Below are positions 1-8,143 of a stretch of DNA of 32,000 nt, piece by piece. Location of the stretch: the NCBI GenBank assembly GCA_028698185.1, contig JAQVDW010000016.1:2632-34631 (forward strand), given 5' to 3'. Position numbers and translations under genes: made by a program. The notes under the pieces were generated by a model, which saw nothing but the letters and a program-made list of their open reading frames with translations, made no database searches and was not told the DNA's origin. This DNA comes from Erysipelotrichaceae bacterium. GTDB taxonomy: Bacteria; Bacillota_I; Bacilli_A; Erysipelotrichales; Coprobacillaceae. Positions within the stretch are counted from its first letter, which is position 1, and each line of letters opens with the position of its first letter.

Positions 1-57
1 GAAGACGGGGTCACCTCGATTGAAGAAATGCGAAAAATTATGCTTTATTCAGATTAG
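1..57 (+). CDS. 3' end of an upstream CDS (last 18 codons, EDGVTSIEEMRKIMLYSD*), plausibly a PilB/GspE-family pilus assembly ATPase
   Basis: Frame 1 is open from base 1 to TAG at 55-57. It lies directly upstream of pilT. The tail resembles GspE/PilB C-termini, but only 18 aa are visible. Confidence 0.35.
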   Translation, partial: EDGVTSIEEMRKIMLYSD

Positions 58-67
58 GAGAGAGTGT

Positions 68-1120
68 ATGAAATTAGATGATATTTTACAGCAAGCCCGC
101 TTGAAGGGCTGTTCGGATGTTCATATTTCTACGGGAACCGGAATAATGTATCGGCTCAACGGCCAGCTTAGTGACATGCCTTGCGATTTGAGTCCTATGG
201 AACTCGAAGCCCTGGTCATCAACTCGGCCAATGAACGGTGCCAGAACCTGCTCAAGGACAAAAGGGATGCCGACTATGTCTACATCGACAACCTGAACAA
301 CCGTTACCGGGTCAATGTCTACTATGCCCAGGACAAGATCAATGCGGCCTTCCGGATTATCAACGACAATATCAAGACCTTGATGGAATTGAATCTGCCG
401 CCGTTGCTAAACCGTCTGGCAATGGCGCCTCGGGGTCTGGTGCTCGTCACCGGCCCGACCGGTTCCGGGAAATCGACAACGCTCGCAGCGATGATCGACT
501 ATATCAACGAAAACCGCAGCTGTCATATCCTGACGATCGAAGATCCGATCGAATACCTGTATCAAAAGAAAAAAGCCATGGTTCATCAGCGGGAGATCTT
601 CGATGACGTCAGCGGCTTCGATGAAGCGTTGAAATCCGCGATGCGTGAGGATCCGGATGTCATCCTGGTCGGAGAAATGCGTGACTATGAAACAATCGCT
701 GCTGCAATCACCCTGGCGGAAACGGGCCATCTGGTCCTTTCGACCATCCATACCTCGGGTGCTGCCCGGACGATTGACCGGATCATCGACGTATTCCCAC
801 CGCATCGCCAGAACCAGATCCGTTCGCAGCTGGCTGGTATCCTCAATGCGGTTGTGACCCAGACGCTCGTTCCGACAATCGACAACCACAGCCGGGTTCC
901 CGCTCTGGAAATCCTTGTGGCCACCGGAGCGGTCAAGACCATGATCCGTGACAACAAGATCCACCAGATATTGAATGTCATGGCTACCGGATCCGACTTT
1001 GGAATGATCACCCTCGACAACGCCTTGGCCAACCTGGTCAAAGAAGGGAGAGTGTCGCAGGCAGCGGCCCAGGAACAAGCCATCAATGTCCGCGATTTTA
1101 CAACTTTCCTGAATGGCTGA
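68..1120 (+). CDS. pilT: Type IV pilus retraction ATPase PilT (twitching motility ATPase family)
   Basis: Start moved to ATG 68, preceded by AGGAGAG; the track ORF begins at 20. Motifs seen: Walker A GPTGSGKSTT, Walker B/Asp box DPDVILVGEMRD, His box TGHLVLSTIHT, and a PilT-type AVKTMIRDNKIHQI helix (AIRNLIRE-like). Product is 350 aa. Confidence 0.9.
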   Translation: MKLDDILQQARLKGCSDVHISTGTGIMYRLNGQLSDMPCDLSPMELEALVINSANERCQNLLKDKRDADYVYIDNLNNRYRVNVYYAQDKINAAFRIINDNIKTLMELNLPPLLNRLAMAPRGLVLVTGPTGSGKSTTLAAMIDYINENRSCHILTIEDPIEYLYQKKKAMVHQREIFDDVSGFDEALKSAMREDPDVILVGEMRDYETIAAAITLAETGHLVLSTIHTSGAARTIDRIIDVFPPHRQNQIRSQLAGILNAVVTQTLVPTIDNHSRVPALEILVATGAVKTMIRDNKIHQILNVMATGSDFGMITLDNALANLVKEGRVSQAAAQEQAINVRDFTTFLNG

Positions 1121-1883
1121 TTTGAACATAATGGTTGTCGCCTACCTATACTTTTTTGTGGTAGGCGTCTGCCTGGGTTCCTTTTCGAATGTATTGATAT
1201 ATCGCATCCCGTTGAAACAAAGCATTGCCAAGGGGCGAAGCCATTGCGGTGGCTGCAACAGACAGATTCCCGCATATGACCTGATTCCGATTGTTTCCTA
1301 CGTCATCCTTAAAGGGCGGTGTCGATTCTGCAATGAGAAGATCGGCATCATCCATCCCATCATCGAACTGATGGGTGGACTGGTTGCGGTATTTTGTTTC
1401 TGGTTTTTCAAATTCGACCCACTGGGTCTTGTTGTCTATGCGATCATGATGGTCCTGATGGTTATTGCCATAATCGATTGGCGTCATATGATCATTCCCG
1501 ATTCATTGAATGCAATCCTGCTTATCCTGTTTGGGGTTTATCTTTTCTTCACTTATCAAAGCTGGCAAAGCCATCTTTTAGGGGCTCTGGTTGTGCCAGG
1601 AATAATGATTGCGACCAATCTTTTGGTACCTTCATCGTTTGGCGGAGGCGATGTCAAACTGATGATTGCCAGTGGGATTGGACTGGGTCTGGCCAACAGT
1701 CTCCTCGCCGGATTTATCGGGGTGATTGTTGCGGGTGGCTATGCGTTTTATCTTATCCTGACCAAAAAGGTGAATCGCAAATCCCATATCGCATTCGGCC
1801 CTTATCTTTGCATGGGAATCGTTGCGGCCGTGTTCTACGGGCCTAAAATCATCCAGTCATATTTGGACTTGTTCAACATTTAA
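1113..1883 (+). CDS. pilD: Prepilin peptidase (A24 family, PilD/ComC type)
   Basis: Two CxxC pairs (HCGGCNRQ, GRCRFCNEK), catalytic Asp contexts IIDWRHMIIPD and GGGDVKLM, and a polytopic membrane profile. The ATG overlaps the pilT stop by 8 nt. Confidence 0.9.
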   Translation: MADLNIMVVAYLYFFVVGVCLGSFSNVLIYRIPLKQSIAKGRSHCGGCNRQIPAYDLIPIVSYVILKGRCRFCNEKIGIIHPIIELMGGLVAVFCFWFFKFDPLGLVVYAIMMVLMVIAIIDWRHMIIPDSLNAILLILFGVYLFFTYQSWQSHLLGALVVPGIMIATNLLVPSSFGGGDVKLMIASGIGLGLANSLLAGFIGVIVAGGYAFYLILTKKVNRKSHIAFGPYLCMGIVAAVFYGPKIIQSYLDLFNI

Positions 1884-1906
1884 TCGCCAGAGATGGCGAT
1901 TTTTTT
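1883..1906 (+). terminator. Intrinsic terminator after pilD
   Basis: ATCGCCA (1883-1889), loop GAGA, TGGCGAT (1894-1900), followed by a T6 run. Confidence 0.85.
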
Positions 1907-1976
1907 GATGTTTACGCTTACAATATGTAGTCGTGTGGTAAAAAGTATACAAGTATATAAAAAACAAGAATAATGT

Positions 1977-2004
1977 TTGAAAAAAGTCGTGATTGAGTTA
2001 TAAT
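1977..2004 (+). promoter_or_regulatory. Candidate sigma-A promoter for the esterase-like gene
   Basis: TTGAAA at 1977-1982, 16-nt spacer, TATAAT at 1999-2004, about 28 nt upstream of the ATG. Confidence 0.5.
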
Positions 2005-2032
2005 TAAAGTATATGATAACAGAGGTAAGATT

Positions 2033-2752
2033 ATGGATATAAAGTATTATCGGGAATTCAGTCAGTGTCTGCAACGGGAAACGGAAATCAAAGTGTACGG
2101 GAGCAAGGGGGCTCCGGTGCTTTACTTTGTCAACAATGAGGAGGACAAGATAGTCCATGACTGTCTTATGGAACTTGCCCAGGCGAACCGGGTCCAGATA
2201 TTCGAGATCGCCAATCCTTTGAGCGTGATCGACAACAGAAACAACCAGAACCATGCCAGTTATTTGCTCGAACAGTTTTACTACTACATCGTCCACGAAG
2301 TCATACCTCATGTATTCAGGTTGAACACCCGCGCTAATGACGGCCAAAGACAACAGGGAGTCTATACCGCCGGTGAGGGTAGGGTATCGGGTGCTGCGGT
2401 CAATTATTTCCTGCGGCGGCCGGATATTTTCCTGGGGACACTCAGTCTCAACGGAATCTTCAATCTGTCGTTTTACTTCGGCGATTTCATCAACAAGAAC
2501 GTCTATGACAACTGCCCGACGATCTATTTGTCGATGATGGCGGAAAATCATCCCTATATCAAGCGCTACAATGAGCTTGACAAGATTTATATTTTGAACA
2601 ACCACGAGCCGGCCACATTCGACTCGGCCCGGGAACTTCAAACAATATTGGATACCCACAAGATCAAGGCCCACGTCCTTCTGGAAAAACCGGAGGAGAA
2701 GATGATCAATGTCGATTATGTCCGCGACTGTCTTGAAAGCCTGCTTAGCTAA
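2033..2752 (+). CDS. Esterase-family (alpha/beta hydrolase, esterase-D-like) protein; canonical nucleophile motif not found
   Basis: GAGG RBS before ATG 2033. The layout resembles Firmicute 'putative esterase' proteins: KVYGSKGAPVLYF, IVHEVIPHV, TAGEGRVSGAAVNYFLRRPDIF, LSLNGIF. The gene is flanked by a promoter and a terminator on the + strand. Confidence 0.5.
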   Translation: MDIKYYREFSQCLQRETEIKVYGSKGAPVLYFVNNEEDKIVHDCLMELAQANRVQIFEIANPLSVIDNRNNQNHASYLLEQFYYYIVHEVIPHVFRLNTRANDGQRQQGVYTAGEGRVSGAAVNYFLRRPDIFLGTLSLNGIFNLSFYFGDFINKNVYDNCPTIYLSMMAENHPYIKRYNELDKIYILNNHEPATFDSARELQTILDTHKIKAHVLLEKPEEKMINVDYVRDCLESLLS

Positions 2753-2774
2753 CAGCGACACTTAGCAATCAAAG

Positions 2775-2797
2775 AGGAATCTTCGGATTCCTTTTTT
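2775..2797 (+). terminator. Intrinsic terminator after the esterase-like gene
   Basis: AGGAATC, loop TTCG, GATTCCT, followed by a T-run (2792-2797). Confidence 0.85.
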
Positions 2798-2933
2798 CGT
2801 GCCTTTGTAAATTTTCGGTAAGTGGATTTGCCGGAAATTAACGGAGAAATCGGCCGATTTTACTCGATTATGATACCATAAATCCGTTAAATGGGCATAT
2901 ATTCAATTATGACCCAAAAAAAATAAATTTTTC

Positions 2934-2963
2934 TTTACAATTGACTTTTTATGCAATTATAAT
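2934..2963 (+). promoter_or_regulatory. Candidate sigma-A promoter for the Na/Pi cotransporter gene
   Basis: TTTACA at 2934-2939, 18-nt spacer, TATAAT at 2958-2963. The RBS AGGAGAG follows at 2972-2978. Confidence 0.45.
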
Positions 2964-2985
2964 GTACGAGTAGGAGAGTGATTAT

Positions 2986-4626
2986 ATGACTTTAGGACAA
3001 ATCGATTGGCCGTTAATACTAGGTGGTCTTGGACTATTCCTGTTTGGTATCGATTATATGGGGAACGGGTTGAAATCGTTCGCCGGTGACGGATTGAAAG
3101 ACATCATTGACCGTTATACAAAAACCCCGCTTCATGGAATTATCGTTGGGACAGTTATCACCTGTTTGATTCAATCATCTTCAGGAACGACTGCCTTGAC
3201 AATTGGTCTGATCAGATCAGGTCTGATGACCTTCCCACAAGCAATCGGGGTAATTATGGGAGCGAACATCGGGACGACAATCACCGCCTTCATCGTCGGG
3301 TTGAAAATCTCGGAATATGCAGTCTACTTCATCATTTTGGGGGCTGTGTTGATCATGTTCTCTTCAAGAAAGAGAATGAAATATTTTGGGCAGATCCTGT
3401 TTGGATTCGGGTGTCTGTTCTACGGGCTTGAGCTGATGGGAGAAAACCTGAAACTCATCTCAAAAGTGCCTGAGTTTACCCAGGCAACGGAGATATTGTC
3501 GGCCAATCCGCTTCTGGCATTGCTTGGTGGAACGGTGATGACAATGGCAATCCAGTCTTCGTCGGCGGTTATTGCGATTGTCCAACAGATGTATGGGGTT
3601 GGGGCAATCACTTTGTCAATCTCATTGCCTTTCTTGTTCGGTTCGAATATCGGAACGACAATTACTGCAATCCTGGCGGCTTTTGGTGGTTCGACTTCTT
3701 CAAAAAGAGCGGCGACCTACCATGTCATCTTCAATGTTTTCGGGACAGTTTTGTTTATGTGCCTTCTGGTACCATTCACAAGCCTTATTGTGAGTCTGAG
3801 CCAGTCGCTCAATACAACTCCGGAAATGTCGTTGGCCATGGCCCATGGTGTTTTCAACATCACTACGACAGCGTTGATGTACCCATTGATCCATACCAAC
3901 GAAAAGCTGATCAAGAAGCTGATCAAGAAAAAATCATACGAGGTCGAAATCGACTTGTCCACTCTCAATGAAGATGTCGTTGGCTTGTTCCCGGAAGCTT
4001 CATTGAATCTGGCAATCGAACAGACCGGCAAAATGGGAGCCTTGACTTGCGAACTTATTTCCAGCGTCAAATCGTATTTCGATTCCGGAGTCCAGTCCAA
4101 GGCTGATGCCTGTCAGGAATTGGAAAATGCGATCAATATCATGGAGAAGAAACTGACGGTCTATCTGGCAAATATTCCCCATGAAAAATTCGATGTACAC
4201 ACTTCAATCATGTATATCAATTCCAGCAAGATTATCAAGGATTTCGAGCTGATTGGCGATCTTGGAGTGCGTCTGGTTTCCCTTTTTGAACAAATGAAGG
4301 ATTCCAATGAGACCATGCATGAAAAGACGCGTGGCGAAATCGGTGAACTGTTGGCGATCGCTGTTGATCTTGTCGACAAGACTTACCTGGTTTATAAAGA
4401 ATACAGCTATGACCTGGCTGAAGAAATTGATGCGGGCGAATCGTTGCTTGACGTCAAATATCATGAATTCAAAGACGCACACGTTCATCGTGTCCTGAAC
4501 AAACAGGAATGCACTAATGTGATCAACTCGTTATACGACGATGCAGCGAGCCTGATTGAAAGAATCGGCGATTACTGCCAGTCGGTCAGCGAAAACGTAT
4601 CAAACATCAAAGGTGAATTAGTATAA
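2986..4626 (+). CDS. Na/Pi cotransporter family protein with a C-terminal PhoU-like domain
   Basis: Duplicated Na/Pi cotransporter repeats (IQSSSGTTALTIGL and IQSSSAVIAIV, GANIGTTITA and GSNIGTTITA). About 200 aa of helical cytoplasmic tail follow. Product is 546 aa. Confidence 0.85.
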   Translation: MTLGQIDWPLILGGLGLFLFGIDYMGNGLKSFAGDGLKDIIDRYTKTPLHGIIVGTVITCLIQSSSGTTALTIGLIRSGLMTFPQAIGVIMGANIGTTITAFIVGLKISEYAVYFIILGAVLIMFSSRKRMKYFGQILFGFGCLFYGLELMGENLKLISKVPEFTQATEILSANPLLALLGGTVMTMAIQSSSAVIAIVQQMYGVGAITLSISLPFLFGSNIGTTITAILAAFGGSTSSKRAATYHVIFNVFGTVLFMCLLVPFTSLIVSLSQSLNTTPEMSLAMAHGVFNITTTALMYPLIHTNEKLIKKLIKKKSYEVEIDLSTLNEDVVGLFPEASLNLAIEQTGKMGALTCELISSVKSYFDSGVQSKADACQELENAINIMEKKLTVYLANIPHEKFDVHTSIMYINSSKIIKDFELIGDLGVRLVSLFEQMKDSNETMHEKTRGEIGELLAIAVDLVDKTYLVYKEYSYDLAEEIDAGESLLDVKYHEFKDAHVHRVLNKQECTNVINSLYDDAASLIERIGDYCQSVSENVSNIKGELV

Positions 4627-4663
4627 TTCATCTTTTTTTTTGTGACCGGATTCGGGTGAAGGC

Positions 4664-4694
4664 AAAAAAAGAAGAAGCTTAGGCTTCTTCTTTT
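4664..4694. terminator. Bidirectional intrinsic terminator shared by the convergent Na/Pi cotransporter and lysC genes
   Basis: A7 run, GAAGAAGC (4671-4678), loop TTAG, GCTTCTTC (4683-4690), T4 run. The hairpin overlaps the last codons and the stop of lysC. Confidence 0.75.
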
Positions 4695-6004
4695 GTGATG
4701 AATTCGTCATAGATCGCGTTGATGGCTTTTTCAAAGTGGACGTTTTTGACTCCGACAATGATATTAAGCTCTGATGAACCTTGGTCGATCATCTTGACGT
4801 TGATATTGGCATTGGCCAGTGATTTGAAGATCTTGGCAGCAGTTCCGCGACCGTCCTTCATACCACGTCCAACGATGGCGATAAGAGCCAGTCCCGATTC
4901 CAAAGTGATTGAATCAGGGTTGACCGCACGGTGGATTCCGGCGATGACATTCTGTTCTTTTTCGATAAAGTCTTTGGTGTTGACCACGATTGTCATTGTG
5001 TCGATTCCCGAAGGCATATGTTCGAAAGAAAGACCGTTTTCTTCAAGCACTTGCAGCACTTTGCGGCCGAATCCGATTTCGGCGTTCATCATGTCTTTTT
5101 CGATCATGATTGTAGCCATGTCTTTTTTTCCGGCGATACCGGTAATGATGTGGCTAGGCTTGTGGCAAGTCGATTCGACGATGATTGTCCCTTTGTCTTG
5201 AGGACGGTTAGTGTTCTTGATGACAATTGGAATCCCTTGGGAACGGATTGGGAAAATTGAATTCTCATGAAGCACGCTAGCACCCATGTAAGAAAGCTCC
5301 CGCAATTCCTTGTAAGTGATTGTTTCAATTGTTTCTGGATTGTCGACAATTCTTGGATCGCAAACAAGACATCCTGAAACGTCAGTCCAGTTTTCATAAA
5401 GGTCGACATCGGAATTTCTCGCGATGACTGAACCGGTCACATCGGAACCGCCGCGTGAGAATGTCTGGATCGCACCGGACTCGTCATTGGCTTGTCCGTA
5501 GAATCCAGGAATAACCGCATAATCATGATTTTTCAGGGTTTTTTCCAGGATGGCATCAGTCTTCTTATAATCGTAATTTCCATAACTGTCGATATAGATA
5601 CATGTTGCAGGGTCAATGAAATCAAAGCCTAGATAATTAGCTAAGATGATTCCGTTTAGATACTCGCCACGGCTGGCAGCATAATTCACTCCGATTTTGG
5701 CTTTGAAGTCTTTCTCGATTGTTTGATATTCTTCCTCCAAAGACAAATCCAGTTTCAGCCCGGCAATAATGCTATTGTAACGATCTTTGATTTCCTCAAA
5801 GGTTTTTTTGAATGTCGCTTCATCATCAGCGTAGTATGCAGCGTACAACAAATCAGTGACTTTGGTGTCACCATCATAGCGGCGACCTGGGGCACTTGGA
5901 ACAACGTAATGGCGGCTTTCATCACTTGTGATGATGTCATAAACTTTCTTGAACTGATTCGCATCAGCCAATGACGAACCACCAAACTTAACTATTTTTT
6001 TCAT
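4679..6004 (-). CDS. lysC: Aspartate kinase
   Basis: Start moved to MKKIVKFGGSSL (ATG complement at 6002-6004) with GGAGG 8 nt upstream. KFGGSS kinase signature and C-terminal ACT-type repeats (ALIAIVGRGM, IDQGSSELNI). Product is 441 aa. Confidence 0.92.
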   Translation of the reverse strand: MKKIVKFGGSSLADANQFKKVYDIITSDESRHYVVPSAPGRRYDGDTKVTDLLYAAYYADDEATFKKTFEEIKDRYNSIIAGLKLDLSLEEEYQTIEKDFKAKIGVNYAASRGEYLNGIILANYLGFDFIDPATCIYIDSYGNYDYKKTDAILEKTLKNHDYAVIPGFYGQANDESGAIQTFSRGGSDVTGSVIARNSDVDLYENWTDVSGCLVCDPRIVDNPETIETITYKELRELSYMGASVLHENSIFPIRSQGIPIVIKNTNRPQDKGTIIVESTCHKPSHIITGIAGKKDMATIMIEKDMMNAEIGFGRKVLQVLEENGLSFEHMPSGIDTMTIVVNTKDFIEKEQNVIAGIHRAVNPDSITLESGLALIAIVGRGMKDGRGTAAKIFKSLANANINVKMIDQGSSELNIIVGVKNVHFEKAINAIYDEFITKEEA

Positions 6005-6190
6005 TAATATATGGACCTCCAACCTAAATATGCCCATACAATACCACTTTTAAACACAAATTACAAGAATAATTGAACATTTTTCGGAATTGAGAAAATT
6101 TATTTTAATAATTTATAATATCTAAAAAAACGGGGCAATTTGCGGTCATCCGGTAACAGAATGGGGCCCGTTTTGCACTGATATTTTGGG

Positions 6191-6219
6191 TTGGTTTCTT
6201 TAAGCAAACTGTGTATAAT
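6191..6219 (+). promoter_or_regulatory. Candidate promoter for the 6236-8853 operon
   Basis: TTGGTT at 6191-6196, 17-nt spacer, TATAAT at 6214-6219. Confidence 0.35.
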
Positions 6220-6235
6220 GAAAAAGGTGATAGAA

Positions 6236-7045
6236 ATGAAAAAAATACTGAATATAAACATAATTATGGCCCTGGCCACAGTTGCGGTAATCGGCTATAT
6301 CATGAGCCTTTTTTATCCGCTGTACCAGTTCCATACCTTCAACAAACAAGTCCGCTATGATATCGAACTTTACAATGGCGACTTCAACGCTATATTCACC
6401 TTGGCGGATTTGAACATCTACCGCGATGGTGATGGCGGCAGCATCCAGGGCGGAAAGCTGACAGTCCTGGCGGGCGACAATTTTACCGACCAGAAGAATT
6501 ATACCCTGGAAATCAGGCTTGACGACCGGGTTGCAATATGCGATTATACCTTCACCTACTCTGACGGGGAACATGAATATCCAATCGAGATGCTTGAAGA
6601 TGCAACTCTTCTACCAAGTGTCGGTCGTGTTGTCGCGACAGTTTACGACGAATCAAACCAGGCTGTTGCCAGTGAAGTTTTGACAATGACTCCGGCTCGG
6701 CTTATTAATGGCTACAACAAGACGATGCGTCTTGAAAAGGTGACTTTGAGTCCCCGATATATGAGGTTAGGACAGCTGGTCACGACTTTGGATCTTTCCG
6801 GCTACGACAGCATTGCCTTGGAATATCGATATCTTACCAGCGATGATCTCGATCCTGCTGACAACAATTCCTATACGGTTTTTGAAAAAATCGAAGGCAC
6901 TCCGGAGCAGATGCTTGCAGGAACCGATTATGGCATCTACCGTTTCACGAACGCCCAGCGGGATATCCCCTTGAGGCCCCTGTCGGTGGCTGTGGTCATG
7001 AAAAGTGGCGATACGGGCACAGTCGTCAAGATTGATCTGGATTAG
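6236..7045 (+). CDS. Hypothetical membrane-anchored protein: N-terminal TM helix plus a ~235-aa beta-rich extracytoplasmic domain; no family recognised
   Basis: Start chosen at MKKILNINIIMALATVAVIGYIM (AAGGTGA RBS 6-7 nt upstream). There is a single N-terminal hydrophobic helix. The stop overlaps the RBS of the next gene. Confidence 0.6.
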   Translation: MKKILNINIIMALATVAVIGYIMSLFYPLYQFHTFNKQVRYDIELYNGDFNAIFTLADLNIYRDGDGGSIQGGKLTVLAGDNFTDQKNYTLEIRLDDRVAICDYTFTYSDGEHEYPIEMLEDATLLPSVGRVVATVYDESNQAVASEVLTMTPARLINGYNKTMRLEKVTLSPRYMRLGQLVTTLDLSGYDSIALEYRYLTSDDLDPADNNSYTVFEKIEGTPEQMLAGTDYGIYRFTNAQRDIPLRPLSVAVVMKSGDTGTVVKIDLD

Positions 7046-7057
7046 GAGGATACAACA

Positions 7058-7486
7058 ATGGACAAGAACAAATTCAAAAATATCCCTTTTTCCCTGCTTT
7101 TGAACCTGGCTGCCACATTCATTGTGGCGCTGGTTGCGAATCTTGTGGCGATAGCCGGTTACTATCGGATAACACCATTTGCGGGATTGGCCCGCCTGTT
7201 TTTCGACAACATATACACAGCCGGTTATTTCGTGTTGCTGTGGCTGATGAATTTCGTGATTTTTGAAGCTGTCAACGAGATTTTCGAGCATGTTTCTAAA
7301 ATCAGGACTATAGCCATATTCAACCATAAGATACCAGGGGTAATGCTTGCCGGATTTGTGGTGACAGTCGCAGTGCTTGCTCTGGACCCTCCGGCCGTAT
7401 TCAAGTCGAACTTCATCATCCTGGCTGCTTGGGTCATGATTTACGACTGGCTGGAATATAAACATATTATCCAAGGAGGAAGATAA
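7058..7486 (+). CDS. Hypothetical small integral membrane protein (about 4 TM segments); no family recognised
   Basis: GGAGGA RBS at 7045-7050 and ATG at 7058. Four hydrophobic stretches in 142 aa. The stop abuts the GTG start of the next gene. Confidence 0.6.
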   Translation: MDKNKFKNIPFSLLLNLAATFIVALVANLVAIAGYYRITPFAGLARLFFDNIYTAGYFVLLWLMNFVIFEAVNEIFEHVSKIRTIAIFNHKIPGVMLAGFVVTVAVLALDPPAVFKSNFIILAAWVMIYDWLEYKHIIQGGR

Positions 7487-8143
7487 GTGAGCCGCAAAAC
7501 CACAATAATGATCAACGGCAACCCGACGCCATTGGATATCACTTTCCGGGCCAACAGCGTCAATGTGAACATCCGGGTCGATTCCCAGGTGATCAAGGCC
7601 AGCGCCCCTAAAGGATACCCCCTAAAGCAGATCGCGGCCCTGATCGAGAAAAACCAGGATAGGATCGAACTTGAGATCAGACGCCAGCGGCAGTTGAGAC
7701 GCCGGGTTGACCGGCAAGGCCAAGTGACCATTGTCGGACGCACATATTCGATAGAAAAGGTCGCCAATCTGACTCAGGCCCATTGCCAGGGAGGAGTCAT
7801 TTCAATCGGCCATCAAAACGCCCAGGAACAGCTTGACGGTTTTGCCTACCGCCAGCTCCACAACTATATGGCAAAAAAGGCGATTTCCAGCGGGGTGGCC
7901 ATCAACGGCTTGCGCATCGGTCGCTACAAGTCGAAATGGGGCTCATGCAATTATCGGACCCGGATTCTGGCCTTCAATGGCGAACTGGCGTTTTTGCCGA
8001 CAAATGTAATCGACTATGTCTTCTATCATGAAATTGCGCATCTCAAACACCCTAATCACTCAGCCGATTTCTGGCGGGAGGTCGAGGGGCTGATGCCCGA
8101 TTATCAGACATACAGGAAAGAGTTAAAGCAGGTGCAAATATGA
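7487..8143 (+). CDS. YgjP-like (DUF45, M48/WLM-like) metal-dependent hydrolase
   Basis: GTG start 6 nt after GGAGGA. C-terminal signature WGSCNYRTRILAFN...YVFYHEIAHLKHPNHSADFW (HExxH). Confidence 0.8.
   Translation: MSRKTTIMINGNPTPLDITFRANSVNVNIRVDSQVIKASAPKGYPLKQIAALIEKNQDRIELEIRRQRQLRRRVDRQGQVTIVGRTYSIEKVANLTQAHCQGGVISIGHQNAQEQLDGFAYRQLHNYMAKKAISSGVAINGLRIGRYKSKWGSCNYRTRILAFNGELAFLPTNVIDYVFYHEIAHLKHPNHSADFWREVEGLMPDYQTYRKELKQVQI

Noticed and set aside
6005-6190. A possible lysine (L-box) riboswitch upstream of lysC, and the hairpin AAAACGGG...CCCGTTTT at about 6127-6172.
   Set aside because: I could not find the L-box core sequences on the minus strand. The best promoter (TTGTAA/TGgTATTGT) leaves only a ~30-nt leader. 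The hairpin has a 32-nt loop and lies upstream of that promoter, between divergent genes, so it terminates nothing. cmsearch with RF00168 would settle it.
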